Assembly (NCBI GenBank): GCA_024704765.1
Contig: JAKMXF010000066.1
Location: 434,001 to 498,000 of the forward strand
DNA: 64,000 nucleotides
Direction: 5' to 3'
Origin: Oopsacas minuta
Taxonomy: Eukaryota; Animalia; Porifera
Below the pieces are notes generated by a model. That model saw only the letters and a list, made by a program, of their open reading frames with translations. It ran no database searches and was not told the origin of the DNA. The first letter of the stretch is position 1; every line of letters starts with the position of its first letter. Made by a program: the position numbers and the translations under genes. Positions 36,099-58,023 of this stretch are shown here, piece after piece.

Positions 36099-39000
36099 TT
36101 ATTGTAGTGATTCATTGTTAGTTTCTTGTCTAACTTTCTTATCATCTTGTAATTCAGATATATTCTCATCTTGTGAAGAGTTAGACCTCTTCTTATTCTT
36201 CTTAGCTCGACTCTGCGGCCCCCAATTCGGAGGATTTTCGGGAAATCTCTTCATATTATCAACTTTAGACATCGGTAAAACTCCCTCCCTTAATGTAAAA
36301 TCCGCTACAAACTTAATAGGAGTAGATACTATCTTGTGACCAGGCGATTGTTCAGAGGGTATCTTACTGATAGCCTCATCAGACCTAGCATAACACTTCA
36401 TAAAGTCCCACATAATATCAGATGGCATGTTTGTTTTGAGAGAACTTTTGTCTGTGTGTGAGTATGATACTTTGTAACCGGCATTTTTGATAGCAGACCA
36501 TAACTTCTGTGTTTTGGGCATGGAAGTATTTAGAGTTGTACAGAGTTGTTGTGTGGTGTAATGTAACGGTACATCCTGTAGCTCTTCTGTTATCATGGTT
36601 AGGATACCTAACAGGGTAGTATTAAGTTATCGAGGATTTGTTATTGGTCATTATTATATATTTATTTCTAATTTTGTATATACAGATTGTAGATACAGTT
36701 TATATACATTCAATTAATAATGTGTTCGTTTCCTGTTTTACTCGTTTTCACCATATATACAGCGACGTAATTATTTTAGAGGTTACCCAGGTAAGTTAAT
36801 ATATTTGCAAAATAATAATACAGAATCGGGAATTTTTTTGAAATTTTCAATTTACCATTTAATCTGTCAACTGTCTTGTATTGATGACTTTCAACGTCTA
36901 AACTCGTCAGAACATCTTTTACGAAATTTAAATCATGAATTGGATCAAGCCAGATAGGACCACCTACCAATAAAGTTATAAATTTTTAAAGTGAAAATAT
37001 TTCAAATTTACCTTTTACAATGTAAGTAAAATGCTCTTTAATTTTCATCAAAAATCTCTAAACAGTTAAAATGACGTGGTTTGAGGAAACCATGATTTCA
37101 AGTCAAATTTAGAATTATTTTGAAATGAAAATTTGTACTTCAAACTGTTGATTATTATACCCAAATACCTATATGATGAGTCCATCCACAGAAAGCACAT
37201 TCTCTGTCTACTGGGGGTCCAATAGCTGGTTTATACTTTATTGATTTATCATCAGTTATAATCTTGCCTAATGGCTGAGTACTGAAACTCTTACATCCAC
37301 TACAACTATACAACATTCCTATTCTCTCTGCTGAGTGCTTTGCTTGTTCTTTTCCCTTATACACTCTAAAATATATGTATATTTAATAAATATTGATCTA
37401 AATACGGAGGACCTGCCATTTACAAATTACTACGTTTGCCCCACCATCAACTTAGACAAATTAAATTCTGTTATGTACAATTTTGTAGCTATAAAATTGC
37501 TCCAGTTTGAACAAATTTCTAGAAATAACTGAAAATTATATATTTTTGCAGAATTTATTGTATCAGATTGTACAAATCTTAACAGTAGAATTTAGCCTGG
37601 AGAATGTCTAAGATAGAAGTTATCAATGTACAAGTGAAAGACAACCCTTGTCACTTCGTCTCCCCGTTTAAGTTCGAAATAACATTTGAGTGTTTTGAAG
37701 ATCTTCCCCAAGATTTAGAATGGAAGATAATATACGTAGGTTCAGCTGCCAGCTCTAAATACGACCAGACTCTTGATAGTGTATTGGTAGGTCCAGTACC
37801 AGCGGGGAGGCACATGTTCCTTTTTGAAGCAAAAAGTCCTGACGTCACGAAACTGCCTCTTCAAGACACGATTGGCGTAACTGTAGTTCTTCTAACGTGT
37901 TCATATCGTGAGCGTGAATTTGTACGTATTGGCTACTACGTGAATAACGAGTATGATGATGAAGAAATGCAAAGTAACCCTCCACCTCATCCATTGTTCG
38001 ACCGTATCAGGCGTAATGTACTCGCTGAATGTCCACGGGTGACAAGATTCGCGATAAACTGGGAAGACAATACCGCGATTGAAAATCTAGATGCTTTTGG
38101 TATACCGAAACAGGAAATAGGGAACATGAATGAATTCTCTAGCCACGGGGCTATTGATTTCAGCGACTTGAATTTATATCCACAATCTGGTCAGAACCCT
38201 GTAATAGCTGGTGCTGCTAAATTAACTTCAAACATAGGACACACCATTTTACAGAGCGGGGATCAGAATCATGTTCAACAAGAATGCTTCGCAAAGACAA
38301 AAGAAGAACCAATGAATGAACAACATATCTCTTAAATGTTTGAAATTTATTTCTCATAACACAGGAGAGTAGCTCCTTATAGGCTGATCGTTTAGGGTAG
38401 TTATATTGCTTTGAGATCTATCTGGGACTTGTCCTGTATTTTAACCCAATATTATTGTCAATTGCAGTAAATTTATGTACTTCACTTCTAATATATACTC
38501 GTTGTCGAATTTGTTATATATTACCATATTTGCCAACCCTCCCCCGGGATTTGACTTCATATCTAGGAATAAAAATTTTGATTTCTGGAGAAATACGTAC
38601 GTGATTTCCAGAGATATTTGTAAAAGGAGCGGACTATATGCACGCATTAAGTCTGGACAAAATCTTGGTTTTAGCTGAACTGACCTAACAAATATCCTAG
38701 CATAGAAGTCAATAGAGACTGACAACATAGGTTGTATATAACGTCCATATCTGTTAGCATGAGAACTAACAGTTGACAGTATTATCCTCAAAGCGGTCTC
38801 GTGTATGTGTGGAGTATTTGGTATTGAAGTACTGCCGTATTTAGCATAGCATGTAGTAGAAGCTCTCCCACATAGCACTGCCATATCTGTACACGTCACA
38901 CACAATAAGCCTATATAGCAACGTTTGATTGGTTATTGCGTCTAAATAAGTAAATCAGTGTTTGCCAGATGAAATGCCCACAACTTCATGCCATATTCAT

Positions 39001-39917
39001 GTCGCAGACCTGAAAGTTCACGCCAAGTGCTTTCCAAAACTAGAATTTCATTCCTTGTTGACGTAAGGGTTGATGCCAAAGTTCTTGCCAAAGCCAAAAT
39101 ATGTGAACTTTGTTCATGATCTGGCAATACTTATTCCACCCACTAACTTCAACAAATAATGGCGTAATCATCCATATTTATTCAAGTTACACTTACCACC
39201 ATATTCTACAGCTTGTACTGCTGTATCTAGAAAGGGTGAAGGAGATCCATATGGGTCTAAATCCACTACATGGTATCTACCCACTTCTCCATTGGTCCTA
39301 TGCATCAGCAGAGCTGCATCATTACATACTGGTACCACTTTATCTGACATTTTATTTAATTCTGAGTTTTGTTTGATAACTTCTACAGCTGTTGAGTCAA
39401 TGTCATTAGCTGTGATTTGTAGTCTTCCTTTAACTTCTAGAGCGTATCTAATTGCTCTCAGTCCTGTGGCGGATAGAGCGTCCAATATACGTAGTTCTAA
39501 ATATAGTAGAGTTATAATTTATTTGCTTGTGTATAGCAACAATAAAGTACAATGGAATTGAACACGAACATATTTTTGATACCCATTGTAATAATTGTGA
39601 TTGAACGCATCACGACATGAGGCATCAGCATAACAACACAGTGATATACCTGGAATGTCTTCTCCGTCAGCAACATATGTCCTATTATCTCCCTCTCTCT
39701 TCGCACTATTTGCTGTAGCTTTCCTGCCTATACCGTCTCTGTAGAATATCTTAGAAAACTCGTTTATAACAGCTACAGTCAGATCTCTATTGAACTCCTG
39801 TACTGGATTATAGAATACACCTGGAGGTAACACAATTTTAGCTCTACCCTCTGTTATTATTCTTGAGTTTTTATCAGTCTTATCAGTTTCATCAGATTGA
39901 GGGTTATTCGTAGCCAT
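36099..39917 (-). CDS. TRMT1: tRNA (guanine26-N2)-dimethyltransferase, 6 exons, 535 aa
   Basis: Exons 39917-39650, 39496-39197, 38910-38685, 37365-37169, 36963-36856, 36607-36099 (1608 nt). Motifs [67 protein letters not shown]. Confidence 0.95.
37604..38335 (+). CDS. ASF1: Histone H3-H4 chaperone ASF1, 243 aa, single exon, nested antisense in TRMT1 intron 3
   Basis: [66 protein letters not shown]. Confidence 0.97.
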   Translation: MSKIEVINVQVKDNPCHFVSPFKFEITFECFEDLPQDLEWKIIYVGSAASSKYDQTLDSVLVGPVPAGRHMFLFEAKSPDVTKLPLQDTIGVTVVLLTCSYREREFVRIGYYVNNEYDDEEMQSNPPPHPLFDRIRRNVLAECPRVTRFAINWEDNTAIENLDAFGIPKQEIGNMNEFSSHGAIDFSDLNLYPQSGQNPVIAGAAKLTSNIGHTILQSGDQNHVQQECFAKTKEEPMNEQHIS

Positions 39918-40470
39918 AATTTATAATCTACTCTAATTCAAAAATATAGTTGTAACTATACTCGAATATGCCAGAGAATTCATTCGCATTATTCCTCAAT
40001 TATGGTAGAATTTACAGACATTGTTCCGACAAGCTCGGAAAATATATTACCAATTTGACAGTATGGCAACACTGCCTATGACCCTCTTTATATACGGGGG
40101 ACACCATCCATAGCTGTAGGGGTGATCCAGGCCAACACTTACTGTCTAAGGATATTCATTTGATCAAAATTTCAGATATAAAACTTTTCAGCGTAACTAC
40201 GATCTTCATGCACTTATTTAAACTATGTATCCATGGCTCATGGTCATTATTCTACACATATTCACTGATTGAAATAATTTACACAGAGCACTTTTCGATC
40301 GACACTTATGAATACATATCATTATTACTCCATTTCCTTCCTTACACGTGTAATAGGCGCTACTAATTAACATAACTGGTATGCAAAAGTCTTCCCTTTG
40401 GTCAAAAGTTTATTGGCATTCTATGCATTTATTGCATCAAATCTATCTTATCTAATCTCAGTATTTTCAC

Positions 40471-50030
<9,560 letters not shown>

Positions 50031-50479
50031 CTCTACAACATATCTTAACATATCACTGTTTTATATGCGAATATTTTATATGAGTTTTTAACCCACACAA
50101 AAGGAGTATGTGTAAATATGTGCTAGTTTGTTGTCTATATTTGTAGCTCAGTTTAGGTTGCTTTCTTATGTACATTTGTTATGGTTTTTTTAACGAGCAT
50201 GTTGCTCTTTGATGCTGCTTTATTGTATCTTATTTGGCTGACTGAATTCAATTGGAATATATCAGGGCTCCTAACCTTTTTACCTGTGTAATATCAAATA
50301 TGACCAGGGATTGTGTGACAAACTCGTAAATTTTACACGTATTATCAACAGCTAGAAAGCTTGATATAGTTATGGTGGAGTTTCGGATAATCAGGGCGAA
50401 CTTCTGTATAATGATTTTAATCACTATAGTTTATTTTAACAATTAATGAAACACTTATCGTAAACCATTCACTCAGTTT

Positions 50480-50480
<1 letters not shown>

Positions 50481-50506
<26 letters not shown>
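50481..50506 (+). repeat. (TAA)n microsatellite, about 8 units
   Basis: taataataataataataataataataa downstream of PKC. Confidence 0.85.
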
Positions 50507-50510
<4 letters not shown>

Positions 50511-51240
50511 CCGAAGTCTTAATCCGCAATCTGCAAATGGCCATTTTCAGTCCTTGAATTGTTTAGAAATCGTTAGCAAGATGATGGATAATTAATCAAC
50601 TGTCAGGAAGTATAATCGCATCAGTAAATTAGGTAAAGTGTTTCTTGGAAATTCTTCATATTCTGCCAGTCAGACAAGTAATATTGCTTTAACCAAGGTT
50701 CAAACTTACATAACCATTTTAATATGTCAACATGTTATGACTATTCATACATCGTAATCGTACGCACTACACTATTCAATATGTTTTGCGGGCGTAGATT
50801 TGTTTTCTTTTGATAATTTCATAATTGTTGTCGTTGTGCTGTAGCCAATTCTTTTTGTGACACTCAATATTATGTATAACTAAACATATTAACTATTCCG
50901 GAAATGATTAGATAATTCCTAGAGCACAAATGTTATTCAATGAAATATTACTAATAATTATCAGTTACAATTGAATTTTTAAGCTACTCTGAATAATTAT
51001 TAAATAATACTAATTAAAACCCCCGTTAATGTCTATAAAATCAATCTCTAGTCTCTTACTAATAATGGGCGGTGTTAGCGTGGTTTCTATTATTTATTTG
51101 AGTTATGTATTCTACAATTGTAACTCCCTCAAATATCCACTCACTCTAGTGAGCTTGTAACCCGAGACTAGTTGGAGAAATGAGTATGCCCGCTCTGGAG
51201 CATAAGATACGAGAGTTACAATCTATGAGATAATTTAACG

Positions 51241-54200
51241 ATGGCAACGAATTCAGATAGATTTGAAAACAACATGGAAATATATGATTGTGTGAATCCT
51301 ATTGAGCACTTCGGGTTATGTCCTGTATGCTTGAAGGAATTTGAGGACCCCGTATGTTTGCAGTGTTCTCATACCGTTTGTAGAGGATGTTTGAAAGGGC
51401 GAGACGGCCAGCCTGTCATGGCATTTGAGAAGATTGTATGTCCAATTTGTCAGAAAGCTACTGTAACAAATGAGAATGGGTTAGATGGGCTTATGTGTGA
51501 TACTTTTGCTAAGAAAATAGCTCAACTCAGCAAGCTAAAGAGCTCCAAACATAACATTAGTAAAATCAGATGTACTGCAGAATGTATGCAAGTAAGTTCC
51601 ACACATCTGTTTGATATATTATCTTCAGTGGTTTATTACGCTCTCGTATACGATACAATAGAATAATAGAATTCAGTCCAAATGCTGAAGAACTAATTTG
51701 GCTGATTGTGACGTTACAAATTGACCACTGGTTTCTACGTGGCATGTTGCAATTAACAACTAACATATCGCCAATTTCCCTAATCATATACGTATACCTG
51801 TATAATTAGTACTATATCATTGTGGTGATTATCCATTAATTATAAACACATTTTCTAGCTATGTGACAATTATCTTATCCATAATATTCAAGGCACATCT
51901 GTTATGAGTAGCCAGAAATATATTTCTATTTTGGCATAAAGGTTTTGCACTTACAGTTTCAATGGGATCATGGGCACTGAACTGAAAGCATTTTAAGCAG
52001 TGCTAAAATGGTGATAAAGCTATAGCAAATAATTCCTTAAATATTCATCATATATGTTGCTACAGTATGTGTACTTTTATAGATGTATAACGTTAAAGTA
52101 CACATCGTTACAGCTGGGAAAAGTCCACATAACTCATAGCTATGATTATACATAGACTCTATGGGGTAATCTCTAACGTCAATTTGTTATATTTAGTATA
52201 TCGTATTAGCTATTATGCTATATTTTATTGTGAATACTGTTTAGGGAAGAGCAAAGGCAGTAGGATACTGCCTAGAGTGTTCTGTATATCTGTGTCAGCT
52301 AGATCTTAAAGTTCATCAGAAAGTTACAAAAGAGACCCATATAGTCATACCACTCAAAGAATTAATTTCTAAACAGACTAATGAACTGTTGCTCAAGGCT
52401 GCTCCTGTAAGATGTACTTACCATTTGGATGTAAGTATAGCTTTTATTTGTTAACAAGATCTGTAACGGTATATTATTTGCTTTTTTATAGGAAATTTAC
52501 ACTTTCAATTTCTCATTGCGTTTTATGTATATCTTTTAAGACAGCTATTTAACTTTTTTTCAGCACGTGAACCCCTATACAAATTTTAACATATTCTGTA
52601 TGACCCCAGTTCGGTATCCGCTAATTTTATTTCCTATATAAAGTAACTCCACATGAAATGCGTTTGTGCTAATATCCGTACTACGTCTATTATACTCTTA
52701 TCATTATCAGGTCCAAGCTATGTACTACTGTCTTACATCTCAACTGCTATTATGTGCCCAGTGTAAATCCTCTCACAATCCTAATCACAACATAGAATTG
52801 CTAGAATCTTATCTTAACTTATTGACAGAACGTACGAGGGAAAACTTAACAGCATACAGAGAAGAATCCGAGAAAATGCAGACAGAGGAGGTTAATCAGT
52901 GGAAGAAAATGAAAGATATAAAAATACAAATCGGGTCTTCATTTGACCGTCTCATATACAAACTGGAGAATCGTAAGAAGGAATTACTTAATAAGTTAGA
53001 TAGCATTATTGATGAGACTAGGAATACCCTTGATAGCCACAGGCAGAAGATGGCACAGCTCGATCAACTCAGAGAACTTCTTATTGTAAGTCATTATTAT
53101 GTAGATTTTGGTTATAGTAGTATTACACCTGAAAAATATATTCCAATCCTGTCTAGCTAACCACACTTTACAATTATTCAATTCAAGCAGATTGGCTATA
53201 TTCTTTATTTTGCCAATTCTTGCTTCTGTTACAGAAATATCTTGTGTTTATATTAAAATATTGCTTACGGTAATATTTTGGATATAGTGATAAACGAATC
53301 TGTGACCTACACGTATATCCAATATATCCTGTATTGATAATCTATTTGAATGACGAAACTGTACTGATACTGAAAGAGTTTAAAATTCAATTTCAAAGAG
53401 TTTATTTAATGAGGAAAAGGTCAAATGATTTGTTTGTTGACAACCTGAGTTGGTATATTGGGATTTAGAATAAGCTTAACTATTTGCAGGTTAAGAGTCG
53501 CTACCCTAAAGATGTATCTATGCTCCACTCCCTCCAGGAGCTGCATCAACGTTTCCAGGACCAGTTAAACATAACACGAGTTGAATACGATGTTCCTTAC
53601 AGTGACATACACTTTGACATGGATCCAAGCATACAAGTATGTTTACAGAATTTGGGTAGATTTCAAGTGACCAGAAATATCCTACCTGTTGCAGTAATCA
53701 AAGATCCTGGTCAGCATGAAGTATTCAGTCCATACGCTATTGATGTTAAGAATCAGGGAATATTCGTGCTAGTCTCTGGCACTGCTAACCTTATAATCGT
53801 GTTCACTCATACTGGTGAACTTATGAAAACTATTCGGTTAGAAACGCAGAGTGAAGAATCCGTATCATTTGGTGGTTTAACTGTAACAGATTCGATTATA
53901 ATTGTTTGTGTAACAAGTAGGCACTGTTTACAAACGTATACACATGAAGGAGAGCTCATTAATATGATTGGGAAATTAGGACATGCTCAATTTGAATTCA
54001 ACACTCCCATCGGTTTAGCTACTACAGTAGAAGGTCATCTTATAGTAGCTGATAGCAGGAATAACAGATTGCAAGTATTCACACCAGAATTGAAATTCTC
54101 TCATTTTATCGGGAGTTCTAATAGTGTACCAGGTGAGCTACGCTATCCAGCTGACGTGGGGCTTACGAAGAATAATCAAATAGTTTGTCTACATCAGGGT

Positions 54201-54596
54201 AATCCTTCTATCCACGTGTATTCATTCACGGGTATGCTGCTTAACCAATTAGGCTCTACTGTTAATAGCAATGAGTTACATTGTCCAGTGAGATTAGCTA
54301 TTTCACAGTCAGGCCATATTGTTACAGTAGACAGGAGTAAGCCTTGTCTAGCAGTGTACGGATCAGATACTACTATTATGGTCCGTTTAGCCGGTATGTA
54401 TAATGAAGTCTGGGGTGTTGCATTTAGTTCACAGAATAGATTATTCGTATGTGATGGAGATCACATAAAAGTGCTTAATTTACAGCCTTTTGAGTTGTTA
54501 GGTCGTACCAGACACTCCTCACTACCTGGGGATTCTAAACGTCATCTTACGGCTACATCTATTACAGGAAATTTTCCCTCTATTAGCGATGTTTGA
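51241..54596 (+). CDS. TRIM-NHL protein (RING, two B-boxes, coiled coil, NHL), 4 exons, about 672 aa
   Basis: Exons 51241-51591, 52245-52430, 52711-53085, 53490-54596. RING CPVC..CSHTVCRGC..CPIC; B-boxes (YCLECSVYLC..H, C.YH..C..LLCAQC..H); NHL FNTPIGLA, VADSRNNRLQVF, LRYPADVG. Confidence 0.9.
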
Positions 54597-55013
54597 ATAT
54601 TATCTCAACAATGAATTTACTGTATTAACATTTCAATAGCTTATCTTGTATTATCTATCTTATATTATTTTTCCTCTTCATCGCGATTAACTTTGACTGA
54701 TAGTATCTTTCTACTTATTCATTTTTTCCAATTTTTCAGAATTATATTATCCTGAATGAATTATTACTGTTATGACGAAAATGCTTATTAGTTTATTTAT
54801 CCATGGATAGTGGATTTAGTTCATCTGCTTGAATGTGTTTTTGAATATTTTGAGGCAGTTCTCGCTTGATTGAACGGGATATTTCTATATTTTTATTGGC
54901 GAAAATGACCTTAATCCCACAATCCATGGTTAAAGAACATACTTTTTGTTTTCACAATAACCTTATTTCATATTATGTCTCTATCTATATTAGCATCTTA
55001 TAGCGTTATTTGA

Positions 55014-56007
55014 ATGGATTTCGGAACAGGTGCAGCTCTCCCCGTATCCAAGCCTCCTCTAGCTAGACAATTCAACCCCTATACTTCCAATGGTGGTACT
55101 ATTCTAGCTCTGAGCGGAGAGGACTTCTCTCTGGTAGCTTCTGATACCCGACTAAGCGAGAGATTCAGGATTCATACTAGGGATCAGCCTAAGACCTATA
55201 AACTCACAGACAATGTTGTTTTAGGTACAAATATACGTAATACCTATATTCTTTTGCTTCGTGATATTGTACGACTACCAACTCCTGTTATATCGAAGAC
55301 GTAATTGTGTAAATATTGGCTCAAACTGTCAAAGTAACAAATTTTATTGGTTATATCGAATTCAGCTTATATCAAAGTAATCATCGCGGTCCCTTAAGCT
55401 TTGATATAACGAGAATTTACTGTACTTTGAAGGTTTGAGACCATATTTGTACAATTTCATACTTCGATATTTTGTGTTTGATATAACAGGAGTTGAATGT
55501 AGTTAATATCTAGGTTGTTGCGGATTTCATGGTGATGTCCTAACTCTGAATAAATTGCTAGCAGCTCGTATAAAGATGTACAAACACCAACATGACCATG
55601 AAATATCATGTTCATCTCTAGCTCAGATGCTATCTACTATTCTATACTCCAGACGCTTCTTCCCCTTCTACACTTACAATATTCTTATTGGGTTAGATGA
55701 ACAAGGTAAGGGATGTGTGTATAGCTTCGATCCTGTAGGATCTTATGAGAGGGAGACCTATAGAGCTGGGGGTACAGGGGCCTCTATGTTACAACCTCTG
55801 CTTGATAACCAGATAGGCTTCAAGCATCAGAATATTCCTGAGCAAGATAGACCAGAATTAACAGCTGATAGAGCTATAGCATTAGTGAGGGATGTGTTTA
55901 TAGGAGCAGCTGAGAGGGATATCAATACAGGAGATGGATTGCATATGCAACTGGTAACCAAGGATGGTATCAAGACACTAGATAGGTTTCCTCTTAGGAA
56001 AGATTAG
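55014..56007 (+). CDS. PSMB1: Proteasome subunit beta type-1 (beta6), 2 exons, 234 aa
   Basis: Exons 55014-55224 and 55514-56007; [56 protein letters not shown]. Confidence 0.96.
55270..55501. mobile_element. Composite family A MITE (full copy plus an extra right half) filling the PSMB1 intron
   Basis: caactcctgttatatcgaag...gatataacgagaatttactgta, then gtttgagaccatatttgtacaattt...gatataacaggagttgaatgta. Confidence 0.7.
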
Positions 56008-56074
56008 ATACTTGATTTATATGTGTGTTGCGTAGTATTGGAGGAGTAGAGCTTATATTTCGTAATAATTATAA

Positions 56075-56338
56075 TACACTTAACTCCCGTTATATCAAAG
56101 CTCAAGGGACCGCAATTATTACATACTTCGATATGACTGATAAAATTTAATACTTTGATATCCAGTCAGCTCTCCTTATAATCGAACACAGATTTATCGA
56201 AAATTCAAAATCACCCTTATATCTGCCCGAAATTGTACAGATATGACCCCAAACAGTAAAAGTCACATAAATTACATCGTCATATCATGTTATTTTTCGC
56301 TTTCCCTTGAATTGCGTTATAACAAGCAGTTGACTGTA
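56075..56338 (-). mobile_element. MITE family A long copy in the spacer between PSMB1 and the orphan gene
   Basis: tacacttaactcccgttatatcaaagctcaagggaccgc ... ttataacaagcagttgactgta. Confidence 0.7.
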
Positions 56339-56411
56339 CATAATCACCAGCTTATGACTATTGTTTGATATTTCATTACTTAATGAATGACACAATAAAG
56401 TATAATTTAGC

Positions 56412-57612
56412 ATGGCTACTAGTTATCACATGGAAGCACTACGAAGACAACGAGTCATAGAGCGAGCCGTTGCTGCTCGCTCACGTATGGAGAAGGCTCA
56501 ATTAGAAGCAGTTAGTGTTGAACCTCCCTCAGTGTCTCCCTCTCAAGCACTAGCTAATGGAGTAGCTGAGCCTGAATTAGCTAAACTATCTCAACAATCT
56601 AATCGCTCTGCAACCAATAGTATATATACTCCTAGTGTAACTCATTCAGTGAGTAGAGCTAGTAATAGAACTGCCTCAAGTAAGTTATTTCGCGAAAACA
56701 TGCTTAATAGATATTTAACCATGTATCCGTGCTTTCATTTATCTGCTTTGATGTTGTTCTAGGTAATTTTAACGCACTCATGACTTGATTGGAGGGCGAT
56801 TTCTTTAGAACACAAATACCCGAATTCCACCATCAATGGTTAAATAGCTAATAAGGGGCTATTTTCGTCAAAACAATCCTTTCTATACTTTTGATTTCTG
56901 TTTATTATTTACGTTCTATACAAATGTGTATAGAACATTCATCTCAGCGATCTCGTCCATCTACTACTGCTACGCTAACTAAAGAGAATGTAGGAGAAGA
57001 TAATCAAGTGATTTCATCCCGTCCTACTTCATCGCATGTTTCTAGAGCTGTATCAGCTAGCAGTAACAAGCAACAAGAGAAACAGGAATCTAAGAGTAAT
57101 CATGGATCTAAAGAACCAAGTAGGAATGAGAAGAGAGAAGATGTTGCTAGTGTGAAGAGTCGCGAGGGTTCTAAATTAAGCAACAGAGCAGTATCTAATG
57201 CTTCTGAGAGGTTAGGATCCGCTGTGAATGCTGAGAGGGCTAAATCTGCTAATTTATCTCAAAAATCTTCAAAGAGGAATTCTCCTATCCGTGGTAAATC
57301 CATTAATTCTAACTTATATTGTTATTTATACCAATCAAATAATTGCTATGCCTAATTATAGCCAATTCTGTTACTTTGACGTTTTGGGACCATATTTGAA
57401 CAATTGTAAAGCTGGTATTTTCGATATATCCGTGTTAGATATAACATAAGTTGACTGTATTTATTTCATAACATTATATAGAGGAAGGAGCACAGCATGA
57501 GGATACTAATAACAAGTCCTCTCGCCCCCCATCAGAAGCTAGATCAACATCCCATCACTCTTGCAGTGGATCTAATAAGCCTATAACTCATGACGAACAA
57601 ACATCTACATGA
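56412..57612 (+). CDS. Uncharacterized Ser/Arg/Lys-rich disordered protein, 3 exons, 252 aa
   Basis: Exons 56412-56679, 56934-57293, 57482-57612 join in frame (759 nt) with GT-AG sites; no recognised domain. Confidence 0.6.
57369..57459 (+). mobile_element. MITE family A right half in orphan-gene intron 2
   Basis: gttactttgacgttttgggaccatatttg...gatataacataagttgactgta. Confidence 0.7.
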
Positions 57613-57807
57613 CTATACAACTAATAGGATATACTATTATTATTGCTTTATACTTGGCTACCCTTTCACTAGTATATTATATTATTTATTGCTCACTGTC
57701 TTCTCGTCGTACTGTTTATGTTATTTTCGATTAGATTATTATTATTGTATTTATGATATCTGTACTATATGAATCCGTATACCAATGAGGGTCTGCTGTT
57801 ACCAACC

Positions 57808-57933
57808 TACAGTCAACTGTTGTATCAAAGCTTAAGGGACCGCAATAGCCAATGAAATATATATACATGTTACTTTGACGGTTTGGCACCATATTTGTAC
57901 AATTTCAAATTTCGATATACCGGGAGTTGACTA
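57808..57933 (+). mobile_element. MITE family A copy upstream of SMG7
   Basis: tacagtcaactgttgtatcaaagcttaagggaccgc...ttcgatataccgggagttgacta. Confidence 0.7.
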
Positions 57934-58023
57934 TGGTTGTATTTCTATCCATTGTATAACAGTTACTATTATGCACTAGCGATCTAATTACTGATGTAAG
58001 GTAGCTCCTGTTTGAGATGTAGC

